Below, piece by piece: positions 62,820 through 64,000 of a stretch of DNA of 64,000 nt. Origin of the DNA: Lama guanicoe (lineage: Eukaryota). The stretch lies in NCBI GenBank assembly GCA_013239625.1, contig MU053365.1:1584115-1648114 (forward strand), in the 5' to 3' direction. Position 1 is the stretch's first letter. Each line of letters starts with the position of its first letter. The translations under genes were made by a program, and so were the position numbers. The notes beneath the pieces are model-generated. The model did no database searches and was not told the origin of the DNA. It was given only the letters and a program-made list of their open reading frames with translations.

Positions 62820-63055
62820 AGTTGATAAATGTTGAATTAAGCCATACCTGGGTTCCTCTCCCAACTTTACCATTTACTTAAGAACATGGCCTTGGCAAAT
62901 TACCTAACCTGTCTGTGACCCAGTTTATTTTTCTGTAAAGTGGGTATAATGGTAGAGTTGTTGTGAGGCATAAATGAAAAAAGATAAACAAAGTACTCAA
63001 GATATATTGATTTTTGTTATAAGCAGAAGTAGTAGTAGTAGTGGTAGTAGTTGTA
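62820..63055 (+). mobile_element. MIR SINE ending in a (GTA)n microsatellite
   Basis: 'ccttggcaaattacctaacctgtctgtgacccagtttatttttctgtaaagtggg'; (gta)n at 63029-63053. Confidence 0.85.
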
Positions 63056-63435
63056 TTACGTGTGTTAAAAACAAAAAATACTGTATGTAAATCCAGTTCA
63101 TATTTTTCAGACCTCATTTTAATTAACCTTTCAGTCAATTGTGGTAAAGTTTCACTATTGATACACTTGGCATATATGACCTCCACACATTTTTTATTTT
63201 CTTTTTACTTTTCTAGGTTCTTTTCTTTCTTTTTGCTATTCTGATTTATAGGATCATCCTTCACTCCCTGACATTTAAATGTGAGAGTTCCTTGGCGCTC
63301 TGTTCTAGGCCCTCTTCTCACTCTACTCTCTTCCAAGGTGATCTCACCTAGGAGTCTCACTCTTCAAAAAACATCTTCAAATAAATATTTCTAGGCCAGA
63401 CCTCTTCTCTGAGTTCAAGATCCATATTTAGATGC

Positions 63436-63768
63436 TGTTGACCTGAAACCAAGAGACTGCCAGGTATTTCTCCAGCAAATATTGGTTTATTCAAAATCAG
63501 CAGACAATTGCAATTTGGGGTCTGCAACAATAGCAAGCCAAGTGCAAGTCCCTGCACTGCAAGGAAAGGAGAACAGTTTATAAAAAAATGGAAAAAAAAA
63601 AAGAGAGGGAAAAGACGTGAGGAGGGTGGTGATGCTGCTGTAGTAAACAAAGAGCTCATGGCTTTTCATTGGCAGAGTCCTTGTTAGGAAAGAATAGGAA
63701 TCTTTTTTCTTTTGGGGCTTGGCTATTGTCACAGGGTGTGAGAGCTCCCCCTTCTGGCCTCACTACTC
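63436..63768 (-). mobile_element. ERV-type LTR (same family as 40986-41316), inserted next to an L2 relic and interrupted by an L1
   Basis: Starts TG, has antisense AATAAA (tttatt at 63486) and aligns with the 40986 copy. Confidence 0.8.
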
Positions 63769-64000
63769 TTTTTTTTTTTTAATTGAAGTATAGTCAATTT
63801 ACAATCTTGTGTTAATTTCTGGTGTACATGTATATTCCTTTTCATATTCTTTTTTGTTATAGGCCATTACAAGATATTGAATATTGTTCCCTCTGATATA
63901 CAGTAGGACCTTGTTGTTATATTACCTTGTTGCTACTATGTATCTTTTGTATATAGTAGTTAGTATCTACAAATCCTGAACTCCTAATTTATCCCTCCCT
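63769..64000 (-). mobile_element. Camelid L1 3'UTR running off the window end
   Basis: Poly-T then 'aattgaagtatagtcaatttacaatcttgtgttaatttctggtgtaca'. Confidence 0.92.

Noticed and set aside
40986..63768. Two same-orientation LTRs of one family as the ends of a provirus
   Set aside because: They are 22 kb apart and visibly diverged, and the spacer holds ancient repeats with no gag/pol/env.
1..64000. CRISPR array, prokaryotic operon, defence system, processed pseudogene or mitochondrial insert
   Set aside because: No regularly spaced repeat-spacer structure, no long ORFs and no recognisable mRNA- or mtDNA-derived segment; the content is typical mammalian non-coding DNA.

Overview
AT-rich mammalian genomic DNA, almost certainly from a camelid: it holds two tRNA-derived Vic-1-type SINEs and camelid-type L1 3' ends. 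I see no complete protein-coding gene, rRNA or tRNA gene, CRISPR array or CpG island. By eye, more than half the window is interspersed repeats (L1 of several ages, L2, MIR, a possible CR1 relic, ERV1/ERVL/MaLR LTRs, hAT and Tigger DNA transposons), many nested and several with readable target-site duplications (TSDs). All protein-like ORFs in the supplied track are decayed L1 ORF2 pieces; the rest look like chance ORFs. The window reads like the interior of a long intron, possibly of a + strand gene that I cannot name. The best non-routine signals are: (1) a 12-nt in-frame candidate microexon with an SRRM4/RBFOX-type signature at 1599-1610; (2) a repeat-free island at 13.3-14.3 kb with two frame-compatible exon candidates; (3) an L1/ERV junction at about 33309 that looks like the scar of a large deletion; (4) an inverted pair of MER34-like LTRs bracketing an exon candidate; (5) a MER53 hairpin resembling miR-1302 precursors; (6) a MER41-like solo LTR with overlapping NF-kB and STAT (GAS) motifs. 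I found no evidence for a wholly new biological system. Repeat family names come from recalled consensus sequences and need RepeatMasker/Dfam confirmation. Boundaries without a TSD are approximate.
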